Source: Patescibacteria group bacterium (lineage in GTDB: Bacteria > Patescibacteriota > Patescibacteriia > Patescibacteriales > UBA12465). From it: a stretch of 64,000 bases of DNA. Of the stretch, positions 30,204-38,738 are shown piece by piece (position 1 is the first letter of the stretch; each line of letters begins with the position of its first letter). Both the position numbers and the translations under genes were made by a program. Location: the NCBI GenBank assembly GCA_041650715.1, contig JBAZKQ010000001.1:134945-198944 (forward strand). Reading direction: 5' to 3'. Below the pieces are notes generated by a model. That model was not told where the DNA came from. It saw nothing but the letters and a program-made list of their open reading frames with translations, and did no database searches.

Positions 30204-30800
30204 TTACTTTATTTCATTTCTGTATTTTAGGGCGCTCGCGAGCGTCATTTCGTCGGCGTATTCCAGGTCGGAACCGGCGGGCAGGCCTTTAGCGAGGTGG
30301 GTTATTTTTAAATGATCACGCAGCAACTTATTTAAGTATAAAGAGGTTGTTTCTCCTTCCAGATTAAAGTTGAGAGCCAAAATTATTTCCTTGACCTTAT
30401 CAGTTTTAATTTTTTGAATCATGCGCGCAATATTTAAATCTTCCGGCTTAACCTCATTGATTGTATTTAGCAGTCCGCCGAGCACAAAATATTTACCGTT
30501 AAACTGCCCGGTCGCTTCAATCGATAAGAGATCCTGGGTGTTTTCGACGATACAAAGCGTTTCGCCGGAGCGGGCGCTATCAGCACAGATTGAGCACGGG
30601 CTGGTTTCGCTAATGGCTCCGCAAGAGGGGCAGAGCGTGGTTTTATTTTTCAATTCGGAAATTGCCAGGGCCAGGGAATTAAGGGTCTCGTCGCTTTGAC
30701 GCAAAAGGTAAAAAGCGTAACGCTCAGCGGTTTTCGGTCCGACGCTCGGTAGCGCGGATAATTTTTCCACTAAGCTTTGGATCGCTTTTGGGTATCGCAT
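30204..30800 (-). CDS. recR: Recombination protein RecR
   Basis: LPSVGPKTAERYAFYLL HhH motif, a C4 zinc finger (CPSCGAISETSPCSIC) and a Toprim domain. Confidence 0.95.
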   Translation of the reverse strand: MRYPKAIQSLVEKLSALPSVGPKTAERYAFYLLRQSDETLNSLALAISELKNKTTLCPSCGAISETSPCSICADSARSGETLCIVENTQDLLSIEATGQFNGKYFVLGGLLNTINEVKPEDLNIARMIQKIKTDKVKEIILALNFNLEGETTSLYLNKLLRDHLKITHLAKGLPAGSDLEYADEMTLASALKYRNEIK

Positions 30801-30811
30801 TTAAATCGGTT

Positions 30812-31087
30812 TTAGTTTAAGCCGGGAATACCGCCCATGTCTTGCAACTTTTTAGCCATTAATCTTTGGGCGCGTTTGAGGGCATCGTTTAAGCAATTTT
30901 TTAAAGTATCCTCTTGAGCACTTTTTGATAATGATTCATTAAGACTGAGGCTGGTTATCTCCATATTGCCGTTTAAGACAACTTTAACACCATTTTTTTC
31001 TTCGGTAATTGACTCCTGAGCCAAGGCATTTTGCATAGTTTTTGCTTGGCTGCGCAGATCTTGGAATTGTTTTAATTTGCTGAACAT
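30812..31087 (-). CDS. ybaB: YbaB/EbfC nucleoid-associated protein
   Basis: MFSKLKQFQDLRSQAKTMQNALAQE...GVKVVLNGNMEITSLSL fits the YbaB pattern. The start is set at the internal Met (cat at 31085-31087), which avoids overlap with dnaB. Confidence 0.85.
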   Translation of the reverse strand: MFSKLKQFQDLRSQAKTMQNALAQESITEEKNGVKVVLNGNMEITSLSLNESLSKSAQEDTLKNCLNDALKRAQRLMAKKLQDMGGIPGLN

Positions 31088-31133
31088 AAATAGTTTACCC
31101 GTGGGGGTTTTATTAATTATTAATAAATTATTT

Positions 31134-32528
31134 TTAAAATTCAATCGGCTTATCTTGGGTCGGCATTTTGCTTAGGCTCTTAAAGCTAACTGTATTTTCA
31201 TCAAAAAATAAATCAACTTTTCCGGTCGGACCGTTGCGGTGTTTGGCGATATGGATTTCCGCTTTATAGCGTTCGTCGGTGGGGAGGTCGGCCGGATTAA
31301 AGCCGCGGTCAGCCGCTTTACGGTAAATAAACATGACGATGTCGGCGTCCTGCTCGATGGAACCGGAATCGCGTAAATGAGAAAGTTTCGGGATGGCGGG
31401 ACTAGTCGCTTCGACGGCACGGGAGAGCTGGGCGAGGGCCAGAATCGGAATATTAAGTTCACGGGCGATTGATTTAAGGCCGCGACTGATTTCCGCAATT
31501 TCCTGCACGCGATTATCGCCATATTTACCGCGCCCTTCCATTAACTGCAAGTAGTCGATAACGATTAAGCCTAAGCCTTTTTCCATCTGGAGACGGCGGG
31601 CCTTAGCGCGGATTTCCATGATTGATAGGGTTCCGGAATCGTCAATATAAATTGGCGCTTCGGCGAGTTTACCCATTGCTTCTCCAATACGCGCGAAATC
31701 ATTATCTTCTTCTTTATCTGATAAATTACCGGTGCGCATTTTCCATAAACTGACATTGGCTTGCGCGCAGAGCATGCGGTCGACTAACTGTTCTTTACTC
31801 ATTTCAAGCGAGAAGATACCGACGCCCTCCTTACTTTTAATGGCGGCTTGGCGCGCGATATCGAGCGCAAAGGAAGTTTTACCGACGGAAGGACGGGCGG
31901 CCAGAATAATTAAATCCGATTTTTGGAGTCCGGCGAGCAAGTGATCGAGGTCGGGGAAGCCGGTGGATAGACCGCGCAGTTTTCCGCTGTACTTGTGAAG
32001 GTCATCGATACGGTCGAAGGCGGCGGTTAATAAATCGTTAATCGGAAGAAAGGCATTTTTTAAATATTTGCGGGAGACGCCGAATACTTTTTTTTCGGTT
32101 TCATCCAAAATTTCATCAATTTCCTTTTCTTCATTAAAACTCATGGAAGAAATTTCGGCAGCGGCTTGCTGAAGGCGGCGTAGGGTTGCTTTGCGCTGGA
32201 TGATATTGGCGTATTGCACAATATTACCGGAAGTAGCCACGACGTTAGAGAGATGGGCAAGATAGGAACGGCCACCGATCATGGACATTTGTTTTTTTTC
32301 TTCAAGGCGGTTAGACAGGGTAATAATATCAATTGGCTCCTGGTTGCTATAGAGTTCTTTAATGGTATCAAATATTGTTTTATGGGCGTCCTTATAAAAA
32401 TCCTGAGGCATGATATTGTCCGCCACTTTAATAATGGCGTCTTTATCGATTAGCAGGGAGCCAAGTAGGGATTCTTCCGCCTCAAGACTGTGCGGCGGGA
32501 TTTTTTCGATTAATTGATCATTAGCCAT
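31134..32528 (-). CDS. dnaB: Replicative DNA helicase
   Basis: PPHSLEAEESLLGSLL at the N-terminus, Walker A ARPSVGKTSFAL, IVIDYLQLM and the SRGLKSIARELNIPILALAQLSR blocks. Confidence 0.96.
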   Translation of the reverse strand: MANDQLIEKIPPHSLEAEESLLGSLLIDKDAIIKVADNIMPQDFYKDAHKTIFDTIKELYSNQEPIDIITLSNRLEEKKQMSMIGGRSYLAHLSNVVATSGNIVQYANIIQRKATLRRLQQAAAEISSMSFNEEKEIDEILDETEKKVFGVSRKYLKNAFLPINDLLTAAFDRIDDLHKYSGKLRGLSTGFPDLDHLLAGLQKSDLIILAARPSVGKTSFALDIARQAAIKSKEGVGIFSLEMSKEQLVDRMLCAQANVSLWKMRTGNLSDKEEDNDFARIGEAMGKLAEAPIYIDDSGTLSIMEIRAKARRLQMEKGLGLIVIDYLQLMEGRGKYGDNRVQEIAEISRGLKSIARELNIPILALAQLSRAVEATSPAIPKLSHLRDSGSIEQDADIVMFIYRKAADRGFNPADLPTDERYKAEIHIAKHRNGPTGKVDLFFDENTVSFKSLSKMPTQDKPIEF

Positions 32529-32671
32529 AGGAAAATATTTAAGTGTTTAGCGAGCATGTTTCATGCAGACTAATTTTAACCTATAAGTAGCTATTATTCA
32601 AGGCAAATTTATTAACCTTTTATCAACTTTTTATTAAGCTATTGACAGTTTTTGCCATAAACGACGGTCTT

Positions 32672-32710
32672 AAATAAAAACCGCCTAAAATGATGATTTT
32701 GGGCGGTTCT
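32672..32710 (-). terminator. Intrinsic terminator downstream of tRNA-Thr
   Basis: aaaaccgcc...ggcggtt hairpin. On the minus strand it is followed by tttttattta. Confidence 0.6.
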
Positions 32711-32719
32711 TATTTCACT

Positions 32720-32795
32720 TGGAGCCGACTGTCGGGCTCGGACCGACGACCTGCTGTTTACAAGACAGCTGCTCTACCAGCTGAGCTAAGTCGGC
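32720..32795 (-). tRNA. tRNA-Thr (anticodon TGT), CCA encoded
   Basis: Manual cloverleaf of the reverse complement: GCCGACT TA GCTC AGCTGGTA GAGC A GCTGT CTTGTAA ACAGC AGGTC GTCGG TTCGAGC CCGAC AGTCGGC T CCA. 76 nt. Confidence 0.93.
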
Positions 32796-32875
32796 ATATT
32801 CGGGTAATATCTGAACATCTATAATATAAAGTATTTATTTAATTTTGGGAAGGGGTCGGCCAAGAGGATGGGGTG

Positions 32876-32905
32876 ATATAAAAAAGGAGCCGGGTTGGGG
32901 CTCCT
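32876..32905 (-). terminator. Intrinsic terminator after the 168-aa gene
   Basis: 7-bp stem aggagcc/ggctcct with a 7-nt loop. The T-run is on the minus strand (plus-strand A-run 32876-32885). Confidence 0.6.
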
Positions 32906-32936
32906 GTACTTTGTTTAGAATTGATTTCTACGGCAA

Positions 32937-33443
32937 TTATATTGACCGGATTATCTCTTTAAGAAGGAATAGGTTTTTTCTCAATATTTCCCTTTCTTTT
33001 ATTTCTTCAGACCTATCCGCGGCACATTCTTCCTGATAGGCAGATAGATTTGCCTGAATGTTCAGGATGTTTTTTTCTCTTTCAGCCATTTCCCCCGGAA
33101 TACTTTTTATTCTCTCGGTAATAATAGTCACATATTCAGCGGCAATTTTCATCCGTAATTCGACTGAGTCTTTGACACCGGCGGCCTTAAATATTTTAAG
33201 CGGTGCAAAGAAAAATATTAATATTATCAGTCCAAAAAAAATAACAGAGACAATAGTAAACATGATCTCGTTAAGGTGGCCATTGAAGAACACGGCAATA
33301 ATAAAGCTAATCAGGATTATAAATAATAATACCCGTTGGATAAGCAAATTATTTTTGTTGGCAATGCTTTCTTTAACATTCATTTCGGCTTCAAGTTGAA
33401 GTCCGGCGCTGAGCGAGTTGAGGCTTAGGGGTTTTTCTTCCAT
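32937..33443 (-). CDS. Hypothetical 2-TM protein with C-terminal coiled coil (paralog 2)
   Basis: 168 aa with two hydrophobic helices. Its C-terminal tail AAEYVTIITERIKSIPGEMAEREKNI...LFLLKEI aligns by eye with TEYLRLVAERIESYPDDIKDIEESI...LNLLKEIK of the adjacent gene. Confidence 0.6.
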   Translation of the reverse strand: MEEKPLSLNSLSAGLQLEAEMNVKESIANKNNLLIQRVLLFIILISFIIAVFFNGHLNEIMFTIVSVIFFGLIILIFFFAPLKIFKAAGVKDSVELRMKIAAEYVTIITERIKSIPGEMAEREKNILNIQANLSAYQEECAADRSEEIKEREILRKNLFLLKEIIRSI

Positions 33444-33478
33444 TGCTAAAGTTTTTAGGTTAGTGTTTTTGGGAAATT

Positions 33479-33991
33479 TTATTTAATTTCTTTGAGCAAA
33501 TTCAGTTCGTGCACATGACTTTCGATTGTTTTTTCGTATTCCTGAATGTCTTCCTCGCATTCTTTAAAGTGTTCCTTAAGAACAGACTTAGCTTGTTCGA
33601 TTGATTCTTCTATATCTTTAATATCGTCCGGGTAGGACTCAATTCGCTCGGCGACCAGTCTAAGATACTCGGTCTGCACGCGATAATTAAATTTTGTATT
33701 TTTTTTAATTCTTATCGCGTCGATTATACGTACAGGTAGCCCTGTAAAAAAAACAACTATGGAGATTAATAAAAGAATTGTCAGGACCAGGTTGTGAATT
33801 TTGATGGCACTGATGTGAATTCTATCAAGCGGTTGAGTTTTTGCGAAACCCATCAAATAGACGAGTAGAATTAGGATTGAAACAAAGAGTGCAATATAGC
33901 TAATTTTAAGGCGTCGCTCCGATATGGCATAGATGATATTGTTCTCAGCCTCCTGATAAATTTCTTGCTTTAATTCGTCGAGTGTTTTCAT
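33479..33991 (-). CDS. Hypothetical 2-TM protein with C-terminal coiled coil (paralog 1)
   Basis: 170 aa. Same architecture as 32937-33443. Confidence 0.6.
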   Translation of the reverse strand: MKTLDELKQEIYQEAENNIIYAISERRLKISYIALFVSILILLVYLMGFAKTQPLDRIHISAIKIHNLVLTILLLISIVVFFTGLPVRIIDAIRIKKNTKFNYRVQTEYLRLVAERIESYPDDIKDIEESIEQAKSVLKEHFKECEEDIQEYEKTIESHVHELNLLKEIK

Positions 33992-34114
33992 GATTTCTTT
34001 AGGGTTTTTGGGGTTATTTTTAGGTTAATTATTTTAATTTTAAAGGTTCAATTTTAACTTTCAATCTTAATACAATTTTGTATTTATGTCAATATCTCAA
34101 AAAGGGCTGCTGAC

Positions 34115-34150
34115 CATAAAAAAATAAGCCCCAAAAGAGGCTTATTTTTC
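34115..34150 (-). terminator. Intrinsic terminator downstream of tRNA-Lys
   Basis: aaataagcc/ggcttattt stem at 34122-34147, with the T-run on the minus strand. Confidence 0.55.
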
Positions 34151-34153
34151 TTG

Positions 34154-34226
34154 TGCGCCCAGTAGGATTTGAACCTACGACCATCTCCTTAAAAGGGAGC
34201 CGCTCTACCAACTGAGCTATAGGCGC
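34154..34226 (-). tRNA. tRNA-Lys (anticodon TTT), CCA not encoded
   Basis: Reverse complement folds as GCGCCTA TA GCTC AGTTGGTA GAGC G GCTCC CTTTTAA GGAGA TGGTC GTAGG TTCAAAT CCTAC TGGGCGC A. 73 nt. Confidence 0.93.
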
Positions 34227-34305
34227 ATAAACAAAAAGGCTAATTCAAGCCAGTTTATTCTAAAGTGATAATATCAAAACTTTTTTAATTTGACAAGCCT
34301 TGAAG

Positions 34306-35280
34306 CTATCGGGTCTTTAAATATTTAAGGATTGTCGGGATGCCGGCCGCAATCGGCAGGGCCAGGAAGGCGCCGGGGATGCCGAAAAGGATGGTGCCGA
34401 TGATAACGGCAATGAAACTAAGGAATGGGATAAGGTCGAGAACCTGCTTATAAATAAGTGGGGAAATAATATTATTTTCAAACATTTGGTAGGCGATAAA
34501 GAGGATTACAACCAGGAGACCAGCCAGGGGAGATATTGAGAAACCGATAATTACGGCCGGGATGGCGCCGATAGTACTGCCGATTAAAGGAAGTAAATCG
34601 AAGATGCCAGCGAAGATAGCTAAGGGTAAAGCGAAGGGGACTTTCATGATCAAGAGTCCGGAAAAGATGACGACCATACAAATAAAAGAAATGAGGAGAT
34701 TGCCGCGGATATAGAGGCCGCTGATCCTTGCCAGTTCCGAGAAAATTTTTTCTATTTTTTTGCGATCTTGCGCCGGGATAAGGGAAGAGATAATTGAATG
34801 CAAGCGCTCGCCGTCAACCAGTAGATAAAAAATCATGAAAACAAGAGTAATGGTCTGAAAGAAAAAATCAGTAATCAGGGAAGTGGAGCTCAGGATATAG
34901 GAAATGTTATTTTGGAAATATTGGGCGAGATTAATATTACGGATTTCAGACGGGATAAAACTATAAGAATTTAAACTGTGAGAAACTTCATTCATGATGC
35001 CGGGAAGCTGGGCGGCGAAAGTCGGGATGACCGAAATTAAAACATAAATAAGCGGCAAGACTAAGCCGATAATAACCAAGGCGGCGGCGATATTTAAATT
35101 TAGCCGGAGTTTTTTATTAAGCCAAACGACAAGCGGATCAAGCGCGGCCGCGCACATTAAGGCAGTAATGGTTAAAATGATAATGACGGATAATTTCCAG
35201 ATAAGTAAAATAACAACCGCGATTAAAATCAAAGTGTAAATTGTTTTGGGCGAAAGCCGAAACTCAATTTTTGGTGCCAT
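34306..35280 (-). CDS. AI-2E family transporter (PerM/UPF0118)
   Basis: 324 aa with about 8 TM helices. The characteristic C-terminal block is GIFDLLPLIGSTIGAIPAVIIG. Confidence 0.85.
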   Translation of the reverse strand: MAPKIEFRLSPKTIYTLILIAVVILLIWKLSVIIILTITALMCAAALDPLVVWLNKKLRLNLNIAAALVIIGLVLPLIYVLISVIPTFAAQLPGIMNEVSHSLNSYSFIPSEIRNINLAQYFQNNISYILSSTSLITDFFFQTITLVFMIFYLLVDGERLHSIISSLIPAQDRKKIEKIFSELARISGLYIRGNLLISFICMVVIFSGLLIMKVPFALPLAIFAGIFDLLPLIGSTIGAIPAVIIGFSISPLAGLLVVILFIAYQMFENNIISPLIYKQVLDLIPFLSFIAVIIGTILFGIPGAFLALPIAAGIPTILKYLKTR

Positions 35281-35355
35281 AAAAAAATGATTATGTTTAT
35301 ATTATAATATTAAATCGTTATGGCGTATAGAGTGGCGCAAATAATTCAGAAGAAA

Positions 35356-36063
35356 TTAGACAAACGCTTCCGCTTCGCCGCTCCGGATTAATTCTCCGAT
35401 TACTTGAGCGACTTTATCTGCCGAGTCGATGACCAGCGACGGATCACGTCTGGCGGCGCTATCCGTTACCCATTGCGGACGAGTGCCCAGAGAGTTTTTT
35501 CCGAAATTAGTTTCCGTCATTTTGGGCATAATTGAACTGATAATTATTTTGTCGGCTGCCAACTCTTGGCGAGCTGTATAGCTAAGCGCGTTTAAGGCGT
35601 ATTTGCTTGAGCTATAGGCAGCCATACCGGGATAATAATGTTTCGTAACGGCCGAGCTCACATTAATTATTTGGCCGCCGCCCTGTTCGCGCATAATTGG
35701 TATAAGCACCTGCATCATGCGTAAGGCCCCATAAAGATTTAATTCCATAATTTCGCGATATTCGTCGATATTTATTTTTTCTACCGGGCCATATATGCCT
35801 TGGCCGGCGTTATTAATTAATATATCTATCCGGCTATATTTATTTAAAGTTTGAGCGATTAGATTGGTAATATCATTCTCTTGGCGTAGGTCGCCTTTAA
35901 TCGCCAAGGCGCCTTTTAGACCGGCAGCGAGTTCTTTTAATTTTTCTTCTGAACGCGCTATCAATACAACTTTAGCGCCTTGGTCCGCTAAATATTTGGC
36001 CGTGGCCGCGCCAATTCCTTGGGAGGCGCCGGTTACAATTATTACTTTGTCTTTAATTTCCAT
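35356..36063 (-). CDS. Short-chain dehydrogenase/reductase (SDR) family oxidoreductase
   Basis: TGASQGIGAATA Rossmann motif, NNAG, and the catalytic YSSSK. Confidence 0.92.
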   Translation of the reverse strand: MEIKDKVIIVTGASQGIGAATAKYLADQGAKVVLIARSEEKLKELAAGLKGALAIKGDLRQENDITNLIAQTLNKYSRIDILINNAGQGIYGPVEKINIDEYREIMELNLYGALRMMQVLIPIMREQGGGQIINVSSAVTKHYYPGMAAYSSSKYALNALSYTARQELAADKIIISSIMPKMTETNFGKNSLGTRPQWVTDSAARRDPSLVIDSADKVAQVIGELIRSGEAEAFV

Positions 36064-36229
36064 ATGGTTGATGTTAATTGTTATAAATGAGTCGATTATT
36101 AATACGCTTGAGAGACAGATTTAGTTGTGGGCCTCTTGAAATTGTTAGCTATTTGTGATTAAATGAATAATCAATCGTATTTTAAAAACAAGTTAAGCAA
36201 ATTAATATCAACCAAAAAATCGTAAAAAA

Positions 36230-36457
36230 ATGGAAACAAAAAGAACTAAAGAAGATGCTCAGCAAGAATTAATCGAAAAATTCGGGCTGAGAAAAACTTC
36301 AGACTTTCAGTTGGCCTTGCAACAAGGCAAAATTGAATTAGCTGAAGAATGGCTAAATTATATTGTTGAAAACAAAATGCGTTTTCCTCAATATTTATCC
36401 ACTTGGGATAATTGGTTGAATGATCGTCAAAGAGAGCTGGCTGAAGCGAAAAAATAG
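36230..36457 (+). CDS. Hypothetical small protein
   Basis: 75-aa ORF followed by a strong terminator. A TTGAAA-N17-TTAAAT promoter-like site lies upstream. No recognisable motif. Confidence 0.45.
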   Translation: METKRTKEDAQQELIEKFGLRKTSDFQLALQQGKIELAEEWLNYIVENKMRFPQYLSTWDNWLNDRQRELAEAKK

Positions 36458-36471
36458 ATTTGTAGTTAATC

Positions 36472-36503
36472 AAAAGGACATGTGCCAAACATGTCCTTTT
36501 AAA
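36472..36503 (+). terminator. Intrinsic terminator
   Basis: Perfect 11-bp stem aaaggacatgt/acatgtccttt, loop gccaa, then a T-run. Confidence 0.7.
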
Positions 36504-36585
36504 TTCTATCTTGGATACAAGAATAGCTATTAGTTATTCTATGAAATGGCAATTTTTCCAAGAATATTGAGATATGGCTGAAAAC

Positions 36586-36614
36586 TTGACAAAAAGCATA
36601 TCTTATGATACAAT
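36586..36614 (+). promoter_or_regulatory. Near-consensus sigma70 promoter (TTGACA-N17-TACAAT)
   Basis: TTGACA at 36586-36591, a 17-nt spacer, and TACAAT at 36609-36614. Confidence 0.6.
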
Positions 36615-36635
36615 TATTTGTTCATTAACATCGGG

Positions 36636-36695
36636 TAATTGCAGAAACTATAAGGAGGATTACGAAAGTAGTAAATCTTATAGTTTCTGTAATTA
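36636..36695 (+). promoter_or_regulatory. Long 19-bp stem-loop in the 5' leader; the loop displays AAGGAGGA and an inner GAAA-capped mini-helix
   Basis: The left arm 36636-36654 (taattgcagaaactataag) pairs with the right arm 36677-36695 (cttatagtttctgtaatta), with one G-U pair. The 22-nt loop is gaggattacgaaagtagtaaat and contains tac-gaaa-gta. Confidence 0.6.
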
Positions 36696-36715
36696 ATCAC
36701 ATAAATAAATACATC

Positions 36716-37126
36716 GTGGAAAAACTGGTTCAATTTTGGCACCATCTGCTTGGCATGCCCGCCGATGAAATTGTCATAAACAGCATTGCGATGCTGTTCG
36801 GACTATTTGTAATTATCACCTTAATTCTGTTGCTTGTACTTCTATTTTCCTGGCTTAACTTTTGTTTCATGCCAGAGATTGAAGGAGTGGGGACGGTAAT
36901 GGGTAAAATTGAGAATGCCGCCTCCAAGACATACTCCGTTGCTGCCGGCAGGGGCGGAGTTTTCTTTCCCGCTGAACACCGAATATATCTAATGTTTCGG
37001 GGAAAAAAACGATCTCTGTTGGTCTCCAAAGATAATTTTCAAGGATTAAAACTGGGAGATGAAGTAAGAGTCTTTTACGAAAAAGGACTCGTAGGAGGAA
37101 TTAGAATTAGCAGGATCGCTGATTAG
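36716..37126 (+). CDS. Hypothetical membrane-anchored small protein (DUF2500-like architecture, tentative)
   Basis: 136 aa from GTG 36716, or 123 aa from ATG 36755. One TM helix (IAMLFGLFVIITLILLLVLLF), then a beta-rich domain ending GDEVRVFYEKGLVGGIRISRI. No SD sequence before either start. Confidence 0.6.
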   Translation: MEKLVQFWHHLLGMPADEIVINSIAMLFGLFVIITLILLLVLLFSWLNFCFMPEIEGVGTVMGKIENAASKTYSVAAGRGGVFFPAEHRIYLMFRGKKRSLLVSKDNFQGLKLGDEVRVFYEKGLVGGIRISRIAD

Positions 37127-37149
37127 ATTAAGCGATACTTGGACCAAAT

Positions 37150-37185
37150 AAAGCTGTTTCGTAAGGAGCAGCTTTTTTATTTTGG
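37150..37185 (+). terminator. Intrinsic terminator
   Basis: aaagctgtttc-gtaa-ggagcagcttt stem with a GNRA-type loop, followed by tttttatttt. Confidence 0.7.
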
Positions 37186-37263
37186 TTGAGTAGGAATATA
37201 AAAGTTTAATGAGATTATTGAGGGGGTTGAGAGAAGGGGTATTTTAGACTTAATATAAATTTG

Positions 37264-37293
37264 TTGACTATTTAGAAAGCCAAGATATATAAT
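37264..37293 (+). promoter_or_regulatory. Sigma70-like promoter (TTGACT-N18-TATAAT)
   Basis: TTGACT at 37264-37269 and TATAAT at 37288-37293. Confidence 0.55.
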
Positions 37294-37299
37294 TAAATT

Positions 37300-37567
37300 A
37301 AGAGGGAATAATACAATAGTGATTTCCGCCAAGTGGGCAGCCCAAAGGAAGCAGGCCAAATCCACTAGATGAAAGTTTCGTACTTTGAACTAGCCGAGGT
37401 TATAGGATTGTCTAAAAAGAAGATTTCTGGAGAGATCGACAACACCTGAAAATTTATGAGCATCTTCGGATCTCATCGCCTAAACCCTCCCAAAAAAGCT
37501 TCAGAACAAAGTAACTTGGACAGAAGCTAAAATAAGAAGACCTATTCTCCGGAAGGTCTTTTTTTCT
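37300..37567 (+). ncRNA. Promoter-to-terminator transcription unit without a long ORF (candidate ncRNA or decayed small gene)
   Basis: Bounded by the promoter at 37264-37293 and the terminator aagacct-attctccgga-aggtctt plus T-run at 37537-37567. It holds only micro-ORFs: 17 codons from GTG 37318, and 26 codons at 37369-37449. Confidence 0.35.
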
Positions 37568-37613
37568 TAAACTAAAAGAAATTTTGTATTTACGAAATCT
37601 CTTTATTTATATG

Positions 37614-37657
37614 TAGTCCCCATGGGAATCGCCCCCCCCGTTACCAGGATGAGAACC
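37614..37657 (-). repeat. Degenerate copy of the 3' half of tRNA-Glu (att-like direct repeat or tRNA remnant)
   Basis: tagtccccatgggaatcgccccccccgttaccaggatgagaacc compared with 41787-41829 tagtccctaggggaatcgaacccctgttaccaggatgagaacc. The 18-nt core is perfect (37640-37657 equals 41812-41829). The T-arm is disrupted by substitutions and one extra C. Confidence 0.7.
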
Positions 37658-37758
37658 GATAGGGCGGCATAAGCGAAGAAGAGGGCAAGAGGCGAGGCAT
37701 TATTCGAACTTTTTTATAATAAAATTGCTAATATTAAATTTTGTTATACAGTTTTGAT

Positions 37759-38523
37759 TTACGACAAATATCCCACGACCGTTTTAGCCACACATTCTCT
37801 AACAACGTAACGACCAATTAAATTCTTTTTATATAGATTGTATATATCGGAATAATATTTTTCCTTTTGTGTGTCCGAAAGGAGATTCCAATTGCTCATC
37901 GATTTAATACGGAGCATCGCCTGTGCCAGAGTATACTTTTCTTGGAAATAAAAAGGACGACGCGTTATCCGGACAAAACCGCTTTTCCCAAGAACCGCAG
38001 CGGCATCATGATTTTTCGCGGCATCGGATTTTTTTCCGAAATATCTATTCATTATCACTCGCTGCCCCCTCTGTAGTTTCTCAACCCGCGGGTCTTTAGA
38101 CTTGGTAAGCGTTTTTTGTACGGCAATAAAAATTCCCCCTTTTTTTAAAACTCTTTTCATCTCATTTACGGATTTAGCATCATCAAACCAATGAAAGGCC
38201 GTAAAGGCTGTAATTATATCAAATTGCCATTTACGAAAAGGGAGCTTGCTTGCCGGTGCTACTATATAAGATATACCGTCCGCACGATTTTTCGCTATTT
38301 GTATCATTTCCACGCCTTTATCCGAACCAATAGCTTTATAACCATAATGTTTAAGTTGGCGGGTCGAAATTCCTGTTCCGCAACCGACATCAAGAATCTG
38401 GCTCTTCTTATCAGTAACTATTCCTTTTAAAAACCTAAACAATTCCTCCGGGTATCCCCGCCGGGCAGCATCATAATCTTTACTGAGAACATCAAAATTG
38501 CTCCTTTCCATATCTAATATCAT
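37759..38523 (-). CDS. Class I SAM-dependent methyltransferase
   Basis: ILDVGCGTGISTRQL is motif I. DIITAFTAFHWF...LKKGGIFIA is the Methyltransf_11-like core. The substrate cannot be determined. Confidence 0.85.
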   Translation of the reverse strand: MILDMERSNFDVLSKDYDAARRGYPEELFRFLKGIVTDKKSQILDVGCGTGISTRQLKHYGYKAIGSDKGVEMIQIAKNRADGISYIVAPASKLPFRKWQFDIITAFTAFHWFDDAKSVNEMKRVLKKGGIFIAVQKTLTKSKDPRVEKLQRGQRVIMNRYFGKKSDAAKNHDAAAVLGKSGFVRITRRPFYFQEKYTLAQAMLRIKSMSNWNLLSDTQKEKYYSDIYNLYKKNLIGRYVVRECVAKTVVGYLS

Positions 38524-38708
38524 AACAAAAAATCGCTAAGATGGCGACTTTAATGTATCGGCGTGGAGGAGGGGATGAGATTTTTTAATTGCTCTTTAAC
38601 TTTTGGTTAACCATTTCACAAAAGTCCGGTGTAAACCTATTGTCTTGGCGAAGACCAGTGTATCTCGCTCGCCGACTGTTCGATTTCCATAGTTGTGAAT
38701 TGTTAACT

Positions 38709-38738
38709 AAAAAAGCCACGGCATTCGCCGGGCTTTTT
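38709..38738. terminator. Bidirectional intrinsic terminator downstream of the 312-aa gene
   Basis: aaaaagcc(a)cgg-cattcg-ccgggcttttt hairpin flanked by an A-run and a T-run. Confidence 0.55.

Noticed and set aside
36652-36695. A small ORF initiated from the AAGGAGGA in the hairpin loop
   Set aside because: No ATG, GTG or TTG lies 4-12 nt downstream. The only in-frame candidate is ATT directly abutting the SD-like sequence.
37447-37449. In-frame TGA of the HTH-like micro-ORF considered as a sense codon (code 4 or 25 recoding)
   Set aside because: TGA clearly terminates bona fide genes in this window, for example miaA at 16518-16520. All long ORFs are intact under code 11.
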